64,000 nucleotides of DNA from Candidatus Methanomethylophilaceae archaeon (GCA_050944155.1 JBMNQN010000001.1:32001-96000); one strand, 5' to 3'. Positions 47,643 through 57,954 are shown, counted from the stretch's first letter. Numbers and translations: made by a program. The notes: generated by a model from the sequence alone, not told the origin.

Positions 47643-48181
47643 TGAGAATTACCATCAGCGGTCCTCCCGGTTCCGGCAAGACCACCGCATGCAGAAACCT
47701 TTCCGAAGCTTTGGGATACGAAGCCGTGGTTTTCGGCAGTCTGTTCAGGCAGAAGGCGGCGGATATGAACATATCTGTTGCCGAACTTGGAAAGATGGCG
47801 GAACAGAATCCGGAGATAGACAGGGAAATAGACTCTGAAATTCTCAGAATAGCCGAGTCCAACGAAGACATTATTCTGGAATCGAGACTTTCCGCCTATC
47901 TCACCAAAAGAAACGGAATCGATGCTTTCAGAATACTCATCCGCGCAAGTCCCGAGGTGCGGGCGGAGCGCATATGCGGCAGGGAATCCTGCGGTTACGA
48001 TACCGCATGCACGGAAACCGCCGAACGCGAGAAATCGGAAGCCAAACGGTACATGAAATATTACGGCATAGATTTGGGGGATCTGAGCGTTTACGATCTG
48101 ATTGTCGATACCGACAATCTCGCTCCGGAACAGGTTACCGCCGTAATTCTCGGAGCTATAAATGACAGAATGGCTGGTTAA
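47642..48181 (+). CDS. cmk: Cytidylate kinase (archaeal type)
   Basis: ITISGPPGSGKTT, ESRL, RE.SE..RY..YYGID, YDL..DT. Confidence 0.93.
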   Translation: MRITISGPPGSGKTTACRNLSEALGYEAVVFGSLFRQKAADMNISVAELGKMAEQNPEIDREIDSEILRIAESNEDIILESRLSAYLTKRNGIDAFRILIRASPEVRAERICGRESCGYDTACTETAEREKSEAKRYMKYYGIDLGDLSVYDLIVDTDNLAPEQVTAVILGAINDRMAG

Positions 48182-49139
48182 AGACCCGGACACCCTTCAG
48201 GACAGATGGGGTAAAAGACCGTCGGACCGTACCACAGGGGAACTTTTGGAAGCGGGAGTAATAGTTCTGGACAAACCCCGCGGCCCCACTTCCCACCAGG
48301 CGGCCGCATGGGCCAGAGACGCTCTTCATACCGAAAGAATAAGCCACGGAGGGACTCTCGACCCGAAAGTCAGCGGTGTCCTTCCCGTAGTCACGGGAAA
48401 GGCGGTGCGTCTGACGGACGTTCTTCTTTCCTCGGACAAGGAATACGTATGTTCGATGAGGCTCCACGGAGACAGGGACGGTAAGGAAATAAGGAAAGTG
48501 TTTTCCGGGTTCGAAGGTACGATACGGCAGACGCCTCCGGCGCGTTCTTCGGTAAAAAGAAAGCCCAGGACGCGCACCGTAAAGGAATTGGAAATATTGG
48601 AAATCGAAGGCAGGGACGTTCTTTTCAGAGTATCCTGCGATGCCGGGACCTACATACGCACTCTCTGTACGGATATCGGAGATGCGCTGGGATGCGGCGC
48701 AAATATGGCGGAACTGCGGCGCACCCGTTCGGGAAGAATGACCGAAAAAGACGCGGTAAGTCTTCAGGACCTGAGGGACGCATACATGTTCTGGCAGGAA
48801 AAAGGAAGGGAAAACTGGCTGCGCAGTATGGTGAAACCCGTCGAGTATCTTACCGAACCGCTTCCGAAAATAGTAGTCAAGCCGACTGCGGTCGATGCGG
48901 TCTGCCACGGCGCGGATCTGACCGTTTCGGGAATCCATAAACTGGAAAAGGGAATCAGAAGAAACTCCGTCGCTGCGATGGTCACCGCAAGAGGCGAACT
49001 GATCGGAATAGGAAAGACGATTATGTCTTCTCCGAAAATCATGGCTTCGGAAAAGGGCACGGCGGTGAAAACCGAAAGGGTAATTATGGAACCGGGACAT
49101 TATCCCAAGATGTGGAAATTCTCTACGGATTTACACTGA
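48162..49139 (+). CDS. cbf5: H/ACA pseudouridine synthase Cbf5/TruB
   Basis: LDKP.GPTSH, HGGTLDPKVSGVL, KEY, GTYIRTLC, ELRRTRSG, PUA domain. Confidence 0.95.
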   Translation: MTEWLVKDPDTLQDRWGKRPSDRTTGELLEAGVIVLDKPRGPTSHQAAAWARDALHTERISHGGTLDPKVSGVLPVVTGKAVRLTDVLLSSDKEYVCSMRLHGDRDGKEIRKVFSGFEGTIRQTPPARSSVKRKPRTRTVKELEILEIEGRDVLFRVSCDAGTYIRTLCTDIGDALGCGANMAELRRTRSGRMTEKDAVSLQDLRDAYMFWQEKGRENWLRSMVKPVEYLTEPLPKIVVKPTAVDAVCHGADLTVSGIHKLEKGIRRNSVAAMVTARGELIGIGKTIMSSPKIMASEKGTAVKTERVIMEPGHYPKMWKFSTDLH

Positions 49140-49186
49140 GAACCCAAAATCTAATAACGACCAACGGTTAAGGTCAGAGAGATAAA

Positions 49187-49525
49187 ATGGCATTGTTTTC
49201 CGGAAAAAAGACCGTGTTCGGACCCGAGGTTATTTCGGTGGGAGAATTCGATCCCGAAGCCGATGGAGGGTACAGGAACGTAATCTGCACCCGGATCGAA
49301 GTAAAACCCAAACGTCATCTTTTCGTAAAAGTGAAGTCGGATTTCCCGGTGGACCTGGCTGTGCTGAATCAGCGCGGACAGCCCATAGGTCACAAAGACG
49401 GAGTGACCGATTACACCCTGGGACCGATTTCCACCGAGGACTGGACGGAAATGGGATTCATTCTGGGTCTGTTCAGAGGGGACAAGGCTAAGGCGGAAGT
49501 CGAAGCCTGGATGGAGAGGAAATGA
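49187..49525 (+). CDS. Hypothetical protein (beta-rich, 112 aa)
   Basis: Clean ORF coupled to the next gene by an ATGA overlap. Confidence 0.6.
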   Translation: MALFSGKKTVFGPEVISVGEFDPEADGGYRNVICTRIEVKPKRHLFVKVKSDFPVDLAVLNQRGQPIGHKDGVTDYTLGPISTEDWTEMGFILGLFRGDKAKAEVEAWMERK

Positions 49526-50661
49526 AACACAAACTGGAGAAGGGGAACAAAGGAGCGTTTTGGTCCACCAGAATGTCGTCCGAACTGAGTCTCGTCAGGA
49601 AGTCCGACAGGAACATCGTTCTTCTAACCGTCATATCTCTCATTCCGTGCATCATTGCTTATTATTTTCTTTCGGAGACGGGAAAGTACGGTACGTACGA
49701 TCTGATTCCGATTCTGACTATGCCTCTGTTCTTCGCCGGAGTTCTGGTGTACGTGGGACAGAAGAGATGGAAGCAGTTTCTCGTAATATTGGTGATAACC
49801 GCGGTTCTGGCCGTACTTTGGTATCTGGAATATGTGGACATTTCCGTAACGGTTCTGTTTTTCGTTATGTTCATACTCATAGGAGCCACGGGAGTGGTTT
49901 TCCTCGCCGAAGCGATTCAGAGGGCAATATTCTACCGGGTCGTGCATTCCATCGAGTACATGAACGTGAAGAAAAAACTGTCTCTCTGGGACAAGTCGGT
50001 CGCCTTCTTGTTCAACGTACCCGACGACCTGGATACGCGCAACATAACCATGAATTACAATCTGCAGAGAACGTCCATACCCTGGAAGGAAATGATGCAG
50101 ACGATAATGACCGCTCTGATGCTGGGTATGTTCATTTGGATTTACGTTTCCATGAATCCGTCCTTCATGCAGACGAAAATCATAGACTCGATACCGGTCT
50201 TTATGTTCTCTCTGATTCTGATCATACCCCTCTTAGTTCTTCCGCTGACGATATTCAAATCTCTGGACGTGAGGGTGGAAACCAATTACCGTGCGTTCCG
50301 CATTCACAACGGGGCCATGGAAACCCTGAAGAGAATGGCCCTGCCCATAATGGCAGCGCTGTTTTTCGTTCTTCTGGCTATTAACAAATCCGACCCGCTC
50401 AGAGTGCTGACGTTCATAGGGATATCCGCGTTGGCCATAATTTTCGTCGTGGGATACACCTGCATATTCTTCTACACAACCAACGAAAGGGAAATCGTTT
50501 CCGATATCGTGGCCAAGTGGAAGATATTCCGTCCCGTTCCGATTTTCGCCGGATTGGAGGAGGAAAGGGGAAAACAAGCTCCCGCTATGGACGGACTGCC
50601 GGGAACCCCGGTAAGAGACAGAACCGATTTCGGAGAGCTGATTTTACCGCCGTTAAGGTAA
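49522..50661 (+). CDS. Hypothetical polytopic membrane protein
   Basis: About 8 hydrophobic segments arranged in two blocks. Confidence 0.7.
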   Translation: MKHKLEKGNKGAFWSTRMSSELSLVRKSDRNIVLLTVISLIPCIIAYYFLSETGKYGTYDLIPILTMPLFFAGVLVYVGQKRWKQFLVILVITAVLAVLWYLEYVDISVTVLFFVMFILIGATGVVFLAEAIQRAIFYRVVHSIEYMNVKKKLSLWDKSVAFLFNVPDDLDTRNITMNYNLQRTSIPWKEMMQTIMTALMLGMFIWIYVSMNPSFMQTKIIDSIPVFMFSLILIIPLLVLPLTIFKSLDVRVETNYRAFRIHNGAMETLKRMALPIMAALFFVLLAINKSDPLRVLTFIGISALAIIFVVGYTCIFFYTTNEREIVSDIVAKWKIFRPVPIFAGLEEERGKQAPAMDGLPGTPVRDRTDFGELILPPLR

Positions 50662-51093
50662 TCAGAGGAATTTCGGGTTGGCCCTTCCCGGAGACGAAAG
50701 GGATTCGAAAATCGGTATGAAAACCTGACCGGAACTGTACCCTTCGGTTTTGTTCAGACCAATGAGTTCGGGTTCTTTCTGATTGGTTATTATGATTTTG
50801 TATCTCTGTTCGACGTTGTCGGCGGTTATGAACGGGGCTTCGTACGCGGTCGCAATTTCAAGAGCAACTTCGGCGGCGTCCTGGATTTCTTCGGGAGTCA
50901 TGCTGTCCGGCACGGTCACTATGAAAGAGCATTCTTCGGTTTCTCCGTTGATCATGAAACTGATTTCGGATTCGCTGATGCATTTTCTGAAGAATTCGGC
51001 CTTTTCGCCGTCTCCGGCCGATTCGCACATTTTTTCCGCAAAAACACTCGGAATGTCCAAATAAATCGCTTCTTTACCGAGAATTTTCCACAT
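50662..51093 (-). CDS. Hypothetical protein
   Basis: Acidic ORF filling the gap. Start moved to ATG 51093. Confidence 0.55.
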   Translation of the reverse strand: MWKILGKEAIYLDIPSVFAEKMCESAGDGEKAEFFRKCISESEISFMINGETEECSFIVTVPDSMTPEEIQDAAEVALEIATAYEAPFITADNVEQRYKIIITNQKEPELIGLNKTEGYSSGQVFIPIFESLSSPGRANPKFL

Positions 51094-51209
51094 GATATCC
51101 GATTCGCAAACATATAGATAAGAGGTTCGTTTCCGTTGGTCTGGAAAAATATTCCCGCGGCATGACGGAAAGATTAAAACCGTTGTGATGGGTGAAGGTT
51201 GCGTTCGCA

Positions 51210-52340
51210 ATGGCAGAGGATTTTACGGTTACGCCCTGGGAAGTGACGGGGGATATTGATTACGATTTGCTCCAGAAGCGTTTCGGAACCGTTCCCATAG
51301 ACGATTCGTTGCTTTCCCGCATTTCCGGATACGGCGGAATACATCCGATGCTCAGACGCGGAATATTCTATTCCCACAGGGATCTTAAAACCGTTTTGGA
51401 CGAGTACGACAAGGGAAACAAATTCGTACTGTATACGGGGAGAGGTCCCTCCGGAAATACACATCTGGGTCATATCATGCCCTGGATTTTCAACAAGTGG
51501 GTCCAGGATGTTTTCGGATGCGAAATGCTGTTTCAGATCACGGACGACGAAAAGTTCCTTTTCAAGGATATGACCCTCGAAGACACCAAGAGAATGGCTT
51601 ACGAAAACGCTTTGGATTTCGCCGCTCTGGGTTTCGATCCGGAGAAGACGAAAATTCTCCTGGATACGGAAAACATACGGACGCTGTATCCAATCGCTCT
51701 CAAGGTATCGAAAAAGACCACTTTCTCCACGGCCAAAGCCGTTTTCGGATTCGATAATTCCACCAACATAGGTTCGATATTTTTCACTTCGATTCAGGCC
51801 GCGCCCGCCTTCCTTCCCACGGAAATGGCGGGAAAACCGGTGCCCTGTCTCATTCCCTGCGGAATAGACCAGGACCCTCACTTCAGGGTTGCCAGGGATG
51901 CGGCTCCGGGACTGGGATATCCGAAACCCGCCATGATTTACTGCAAAATGTTCCCCGGACTGAGCGGCGGAGGAAAGATGTCCTCTTCCGACGAAAATTC
52001 CACGATATACACTACCGACGATGCGAAAACCGTGAAAAAGAAAATCGGGAGAGCGTTCACCGGAGGCTGCGTTTCCGTGGAAGAGCAGAGACAGAAAGGG
52101 GGAAATCCCGAAGTCTGCGCGGTTTTCGATTACTTTTATTTCATGTTCGAGGAAGACGATTCGAAACTCAACGAACTGGCCGAAAGATGCAGATCCGGAG
52201 GGATACTGTGCGGCGAATGCAAGGCCAGACTCACGTCGAAAATCAACGTATTTCTTGCGGACCATCAGGCCAAGCGCGAGAAAGCCGCTGATGCGGTGGA
52301 AAAGATGGCCTGCGGCTTCGAATGGAAGAGGAACGATTGA
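51210..52340 (+). CDS. trpS: Tryptophanyl-tRNA synthetase
   Basis: VTPW, LYTGRGPS..HLGH, TDDEK, IDQDPHFR, KMSSS. Confidence 0.96.
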   Translation: MAEDFTVTPWEVTGDIDYDLLQKRFGTVPIDDSLLSRISGYGGIHPMLRRGIFYSHRDLKTVLDEYDKGNKFVLYTGRGPSGNTHLGHIMPWIFNKWVQDVFGCEMLFQITDDEKFLFKDMTLEDTKRMAYENALDFAALGFDPEKTKILLDTENIRTLYPIALKVSKKTTFSTAKAVFGFDNSTNIGSIFFTSIQAAPAFLPTEMAGKPVPCLIPCGIDQDPHFRVARDAAPGLGYPKPAMIYCKMFPGLSGGGKMSSSDENSTIYTTDDAKTVKKKIGRAFTGGCVSVEEQRQKGGNPEVCAVFDYFYFMFEEDDSKLNELAERCRSGGILCGECKARLTSKINVFLADHQAKREKAADAVEKMACGFEWKRND

Positions 52341-53837
52341 ATGGATATCAGCTACAACGAAACAAAACTGCTTCTGGCACTTAACAAAAACGGTAAGAGA
52401 ATTTCACCCGAGGAATTGATTTCGGAAGGAATTTTCTCGCTGGAAGTGGAGGTGATGGGTGCCGCTTCATGGCTGGAATCCAAGGGATTGGCTTCGGTCG
52501 AAGAAGAAACCGAAGTGTATTACGAACTTGCCGACCGTTCCGCGGTCGAAGACGGTCTCCCCGAGAGGAAAGCAATCGAAGCTATTGCCGCCGCGGGGGG
52601 CAGAATGGATATGTCCGACCTTGCCGAAGCCGTTCCGGGGGAGGACAGAATCGCCGTGGGATGGCTTAAAAGAAAAGGTCTCGCCGACATATCCTCCGAG
52701 AACGGAAAAAAAGTTCTGGCACTTACCGAAAAAGGACTTTCCTCGACAGGAAAGAAAATGCCGATAGAGGAATTTCTGGAAAAGATGGCCTCCTCTCCCG
52801 TTAAGAGTTCGGACGCTCCTTCCGAATTCATAAAAGAGCTGAAGGGAAGAGGCGGAATAATCAAAGAATCCCCGTCTGTCCGCAGAACCGTATCCATAAC
52901 CGAAGAGGGAAAACGCATTGCGTCTTCCGGACTGGAACTCAAAAAGGAGATAACGGACATAACAGACCGCATAATCCAGAGCGGAGAATGGCGCGACGCG
53001 GAGTTCCGGAGATACGACGTAAAGACGTTTGCTCCCTCCGTGTACCCGGCGAAAAGGAGTCCGATAACGAGGCTGAGCGATCAGATCGGCAGAATGCTTC
53101 TGGATATGGGCTTCACGGAAATGTCGTCCGAATACGTCCAGCCCTCTTTCTGGAATATGGACGTTCTTTTCACCCCTCAGGACCATCCCGCGAGAGATCT
53201 TCAGGATACTTTCTACCTCGAGCACCCCGCTTCCATCAAAGAGGAAAACGAAGAATTGGTGGAAAAAATCAAAAATCTCCATGAAAACGGAGGAGATGCC
53301 GGTTCGACGGGATGGGGCGGAAAATGGTCCAGAGAATTTTCGGAATCCGCCATACTGAGGACGCACAGCACGGTCAGCAGCATCCGCTACATAGCCGAAC
53401 ATCCCGATGCTCCCTGTAAGGCATTTTCGATATCCAGGATATTCAGGAAAGAATCCGTGGATTCCACCCATCTTCCCGAGTTTACTCAGATTGAAGGCAT
53501 AGTCATAGACGAAAACGGAAACTTCGACATGCTCATCTCCCTGATCCGCGAATTCTATTCGAGGATGGGATTCGATCAGATTAGGATAAGACCCGCTTAC
53601 TTCCCGTACACGGAACCTTCCCTGGAACTCGAAGTGTTCTTCAACGGAAAATGGATGGAACTCGGCGGGGCGGGCATATTCAGACCGGAGGTCGTGGAGC
53701 CCTTCGGAGTGAAGTATCCAGTTCTCGCATGGGGCTTCGGATTCGAAAGACTGGCTATGCTGAAATGGAACATAAGCGACATCAGAGACCTTTACATATC
53801 CGATATCGACGTTCTCAAAGAAAGCAGAGTCTTATAA
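52341..53837 (+). CDS. pheS: Phenylalanyl-tRNA synthetase alpha subunit
   Basis: FWN.D.LF.PQDHPARDLQDTFY, LRTH, FRKE..D.THL.EF.Q.EG, FPYTEPS, G.ERLAM. Confidence 0.96.
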   Translation: MDISYNETKLLLALNKNGKRISPEELISEGIFSLEVEVMGAASWLESKGLASVEEETEVYYELADRSAVEDGLPERKAIEAIAAAGGRMDMSDLAEAVPGEDRIAVGWLKRKGLADISSENGKKVLALTEKGLSSTGKKMPIEEFLEKMASSPVKSSDAPSEFIKELKGRGGIIKESPSVRRTVSITEEGKRIASSGLELKKEITDITDRIIQSGEWRDAEFRRYDVKTFAPSVYPAKRSPITRLSDQIGRMLLDMGFTEMSSEYVQPSFWNMDVLFTPQDHPARDLQDTFYLEHPASIKEENEELVEKIKNLHENGGDAGSTGWGGKWSREFSESAILRTHSTVSSIRYIAEHPDAPCKAFSISRIFRKESVDSTHLPEFTQIEGIVIDENGNFDMLISLIREFYSRMGFDQIRIRPAYFPYTEPSLELEVFFNGKWMELGGAGIFRPEVVEPFGVKYPVLAWGFGFERLAMLKWNISDIRDLYISDIDVLKESRVL

Positions 53838-55052
53838 GTCGAAGACGGCGGGTTTCCCGTTCTTTACCTGTTTGTAAAGGAGCTCTATGGTTTCCCTGCG
53901 GGATTCGTTGCGACTGGATCTCAGAGCCTTTCCGAGACGGCTCATACACTCGTCTTTTTCTCCTCTGGCATATGCTATTCCGGCGCGCATGAGCTGTATT
54001 TCGTCGAAACGGGATACGTCTCCGGATTCGGTGAAACGTGCAACCGCGTCCGAAAGCGCTTTGTCTGCTTTTTCGTATTCTCCGATTGTGTACAGGGCTC
54101 TGCCCATGAGCATGGCGGCTCTGGCGGTTCTCTTTTCCGAGTAGATTTTCTTCGCGTCGGACAGGGCACCCTCCGCGTCTTTTTTGATAAGTTTGATTTC
54201 CGCGCGTATTATTTCGGGTTCGGAAGAACCTAATTTTTCTAGTTCTTTCGCGCACTTTTCCGCATATTCCCAATCGCCGCAGGCTACGGCTATTTCGGAC
54301 TTTATGCTGAGCAGGGCTTCGGCGCTGTCCCCCGTTTCCGGTATTGTTTTGACTATTTCCAAAAGGTCGTCGTTGTGATTTTCCAGAAATTCTTCGGATT
54401 TCCTAATCAGCATCTTTCTGGCTTCGGTCATCCTTCCCGCCGCAGAGAGGTGGTAAAGTCTTTCCTGAATGTCCCCTCCGTTGTCCATCCACCAGTCGGC
54501 GGCGGCGCTGTTCCATCTGCGTACCGACTCTTCGTCAACGGCTTTAAGATAGTTTTTCTTGACTTCCGCGGACAGCGTAACGGTGCCGTCATGGGCGCAC
54601 GGAATCACTCCGGATTCGGTAACCGGCAGGGATTTTTTGTTAACGGGTACTCTTATGGCGCACACGAGTCCCAGTGCTTCCCTGTCGTAATGGGACAGTT
54701 TGTCCCACATGAGCGCCGGGTCGCAGCGTCTCATATCCAATACGGTTTCCACCGGAACTCCCGCTTCTTTGAATTTCTGCTTCAGATGTTCCGCTTCTGT
54801 CTTGCCTTCCGGTTCCAGATAGTAAACTCTGCGTCTGATTCCGGAACCTATAACATGAACCTGATTTTCCTTGACCTTTCCGGTCTGTCTGAGTTTTTTC
54901 AGTTCGAGGGAAGCGTGGGCCCTGGATATTCCGACCGAGGAAGCTATGCCGTCCTGGGTCAGATCGAAAGGAAGATTGTAGACCTCGTCCTCGTCTATCA
55001 TTTTGAATCGGTCGAGGTGAAGAAGAATTCTTTCGCGTATGGTAACGTCCAT
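53832..55052 (-). CDS. Winged-helix regulator with a C-terminal TPR-like region
   Basis: LTQDGIA..VGISRAHASLELKKL HTH, RRVYYL wing, helical repeats. Confidence 0.75.
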   Translation of the reverse strand: MDVTIRERILLHLDRFKMIDEDEVYNLPFDLTQDGIASSVGISRAHASLELKKLRQTGKVKENQVHVIGSGIRRRVYYLEPEGKTEAEHLKQKFKEAGVPVETVLDMRRCDPALMWDKLSHYDREALGLVCAIRVPVNKKSLPVTESGVIPCAHDGTVTLSAEVKKNYLKAVDEESVRRWNSAAADWWMDNGGDIQERLYHLSAAGRMTEARKMLIRKSEEFLENHNDDLLEIVKTIPETGDSAEALLSIKSEIAVACGDWEYAEKCAKELEKLGSSEPEIIRAEIKLIKKDAEGALSDAKKIYSEKRTARAAMLMGRALYTIGEYEKADKALSDAVARFTESGDVSRFDEIQLMRAGIAYARGEKDECMSRLGKALRSSRNESRRETIELLYKQVKNGKPAVFDL

Positions 55053-55138
55053 GATGCTTCGTCATAACTTAATGCGTTAATATTTCTTTACTCGCTTCAA
55101 GAAAACTATCTAGTAGGGCGCGATGCACTACCGGTTTT

Positions 55139-55975
55139 ATGGAAAGGCTTCTGATCTGTACAGAATCCGACCCGCCATCGGTCAATATGAGGGATTCTCT
55201 CGAGGAACTCGGAGAGTGGGAACCGATCGGTTCGAAAGACGGAACATCCGTGGTCCGCTGCGGCAGCGATTACATAATGTCTTCCAAGCGCTGGCACGTG
55301 GAATTCGAAGACGTCCTGGAGGTTGCGGGAAGATTCGGAGTGCATCCCGATCTGACAGTTTTCATGTCCCGTCATTCTTCGGAAAGTAAAAAACCCGTGC
55401 TCACCGTGCATCCGATAGGAAACTATCATGGAAACGATTTGGGAGGAAAAGAAAAAACTCTGGTAAAATCCGCGCCCGCGCCCATGAGCGCCGCGCTAAG
55501 AAGCATAAGCGCCCTGAACGACATAGAAAATATGGACGTTTCTTTCGAAGTCACCCATCACGGACCGTGGCTGGACTGTCCCGTATTCTTTATCGAGGTC
55601 GGAAGCGGAGTTCCCCAATGGGGCAATAAACATGCCGCAGAAATTCTGGCACTGGCTCTTATGAATTACAAAGAAGAAAACTATCCCGTTGCCGTGGGTG
55701 TGGGCGGAGGCCATTACGCACCGAGATTCACCGAAGCGGTTCTCGGGCGCAAAGTCGACATAGGCCACATGATTCCCAACTATCAGCTGGACGGAAGGGA
55801 CAGGGAGGACATAGCCAGAATGATGCGCGAAGCCTGTTCCGCATCCGATACGAAAACCATTCTGTTGCACAGAAAATCCATGAAAGGCGTGTGTGCGGCC
55901 GAAATAAAAGAAATAGCGGAATCCGAAGGATTCGAAGTCGCGAGCTCTTCGGATTTCGAAGAACTGGGTCAGTGA
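55139..55975 (+). CDS. dtdA: D-aminoacyl-tRNA deacylase (archaeal DTD2)
   Basis: SRHSS, LTVHPIGN, EVTHHGP, FIEVGS, GGGHYAP. Confidence 0.92.
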   Translation: MERLLICTESDPPSVNMRDSLEELGEWEPIGSKDGTSVVRCGSDYIMSSKRWHVEFEDVLEVAGRFGVHPDLTVFMSRHSSESKKPVLTVHPIGNYHGNDLGGKEKTLVKSAPAPMSAALRSISALNDIENMDVSFEVTHHGPWLDCPVFFIEVGSGVPQWGNKHAAEILALALMNYKEENYPVAVGVGGGHYAPRFTEAVLGRKVDIGHMIPNYQLDGRDREDIARMMREACSASDTKTILLHRKSMKGVCAAEIKEIAESEGFEVASSSDFEELGQ

Positions 55976-56652
55976 GACCTGACGACGGTTCCTTTTATTT
56001 TCTCTCCCAGTATCGCCGATTTCAGATCGTTAAGGTCGCGCCCGTAAACCACGTAGATATCTATGCGGCTTTCTTTCGCAACCTGAACTCCCAGAGGATC
56101 GAAAACTCCGGATCTGGAAGCTCTGTGTCTTCCGTACACCAGTTCTTCGAGTCTGTCGATGGTTATTTCGGAATACCTTTCGGCGTGTCCGTTTGCCCTC
56201 GGGTCGTCGGAATATACCGCATCCACCGAAGTGGCGTTTATTATGCGGTCGGCTTTGACCTCTCTTGCAAGCAGCGCCGTAACTCCGTCCGTGGTGTGTC
56301 CAGGTTCGGTTCCTCCCATGACAACGATTTTTCCTTTTCCGCCTTTTTTCGCGGCCTCTTCAACCGTTAACGGAATATCGGGATAGCACCAATCTCCGAG
56401 AGCAAGACCCAGAAGTCCCGCGTTCATGCGGGTGGCCCCTATGCCGAGCAGATCCATCTGATCTACGGTACCGCCCAGTTCGGCTGCGACGGAGGCGTAA
56501 TATCTTGCGGTTTTGCCCCCTCCGCACACTACATAAATCTGGACCTTGTCCGCAAGGTCTTTCAGCATTCCGGCCAGACGTTTTATGTAAGAGCCGTCGT
56601 CGTCCCCCGGAATAAGGACCGAGCCGCCTATGGAGATTACGATTTTTTCCGT
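55969..56652 (-). CDS. pyrH: Uridylate kinase (apparent non-canonical start)
   Basis: IVISIGGS, VCGGG..AR.Y, D.LGI..TRMNA, MGGT.PGHTTD, VY..DP. Confidence 0.92.
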   Translation of the reverse strand, partial: TEKIVISIGGSVLIPGDDDGSYIKRLAGMLKDLADKVQIYVVCGGGKTARYYASVAAELGGTVDQMDLLGIGATRMNAGLLGLALGDWCYPDIPLTVEEAAKKGGKGKIVVMGGTEPGHTTDGVTALLAREVKADRIINATSVDAVYSDDPRANGHAERYSEITIDRLEELVYGRHRASRSGVFDPLGVQVAKESRIDIYVVYGRDLNDLKSAILGEKIKGTVVRSH

Positions 56653-56711
56653 GATACCACCAATACTTATATTACGGAGGCTGACTTGACATAAAAATAT
56701 TAGGTGCGCAG

Positions 56712-57944
56712 ATGAGCGATTCAGGTATTTCTGAAAGGGCAAGGTACGATTTTAAGAAAGCTATGCAGGAGATTATGCAGTACCGAGGCCGCAACACCGA
56801 ATTGATTTCCGTATATATTCCGGAATCGAAACAGATTTCGGAGGTTATGGCGTATCTCAGGGAAGAACAGTCCCAGGCCTCCAACATAAAATCCAAAACG
56901 ACGATGAAAAACGTCACGAGCGCAATAGACTCCATAGCCGCCCGTCTCAAAACGTACAAAAGTCCCCCGCCTAACGGTCTGGTGATTTTCTGCGGCGAAG
57001 TCCCCAGAGCAGGGGACCAAACCAAAATGGTTCAGTACACCATCGAACCGCTGGAACCCATAACCGCATTCATTTACAGATGCGATTCGTCATTCTTCAC
57101 CGAACCCCTTGAGTCCATGCTTCTGGACAAAACTTCCTACGGACTCATAACCATAGACAGAAGGGAAGCAACTGTGGGAATCGTCAGCGGTTCCAGAATA
57201 ATCGTCATGAAGCACTTCGATTCCCTGGTCCCCAGCAAGCACCACCAGGGAGGTCAGTCTTCCGTCCGTTTCGAAAGGCTTATTGAAATAGCCGCCCACG
57301 AGTTCTACAAAAAAGTCGCAGACTACTGCACCGAAGCCTTCCTGGACAAACCGGAACTCAAAGGAATCATCGTCGGCGGTCCCGGGGCAACAAAGGACTT
57401 TTTCGTCAAGGAAGAGTACCTGCACCACGAACTCAGAAAGAAAATCGTTCAGCCCCTTTTCGATACCGGAAACACTGACGAATCGGGTCTCAGGGAACTC
57501 GTGGAAGCCGCGAAAGACACAATGGAAGGTATCAAGCTCACCGACGAAAAGAAACACATGCAGAGGCTCCTCGGAGAAATCAGAAAAGCCGACGGAGGGC
57601 TTTCCGCATACGGGGAAGACGAAGTCCGCACGGCAGCGGAAATGGGGGCCGTGGACACTCTTCTTCTTTCCGAATCCCTGAACAAAAGACGCATTACTCT
57701 GGAGTGCGGTTCGGGGCACGTAACCAAAGTCACCGTGGACAATGCGGACGAAAAGTTCGAATGTCCCGAATGCGGCTCGGCCGCCCAGGTAACCGAAGAC
57801 AAAGATCTCATTGACGATTTCTTTGAAATCGCCGACGAGTTTTCGACGGATCTTCAGATAATATCTCCGGACTCCGAAGAGGGGGATATGCTTATCAGGG
57901 CGTTCGGAGGAATCGCCGCCGTACTCAGATACAGAATTTCGTGA
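56712..57944 (+). CDS. prf1: Peptide chain release factor aRF1
   Basis: TELISVYIP, ASNIKS, YRCDSSF, GGQS..RFER, FGGIAA.LRY. Confidence 0.97.
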   Translation: MSDSGISERARYDFKKAMQEIMQYRGRNTELISVYIPESKQISEVMAYLREEQSQASNIKSKTTMKNVTSAIDSIAARLKTYKSPPPNGLVIFCGEVPRAGDQTKMVQYTIEPLEPITAFIYRCDSSFFTEPLESMLLDKTSYGLITIDRREATVGIVSGSRIIVMKHFDSLVPSKHHQGGQSSVRFERLIEIAAHEFYKKVADYCTEAFLDKPELKGIIVGGPGATKDFFVKEEYLHHELRKKIVQPLFDTGNTDESGLRELVEAAKDTMEGIKLTDEKKHMQRLLGEIRKADGGLSAYGEDEVRTAAEMGAVDTLLLSESLNKRRITLECGSGHVTKVTVDNADEKFECPECGSAAQVTEDKDLIDDFFEIADEFSTDLQIISPDSEEGDMLIRAFGGIAAVLRYRIS

Positions 57945-57954
57945 AGGAATCGAA

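Noticed and set aside
56653-56742. Extended pyrH N-terminus from the ORF track
   Set aside because: It would run through the divergent promoter region into prf1 and adds residues unlike UMP kinases.
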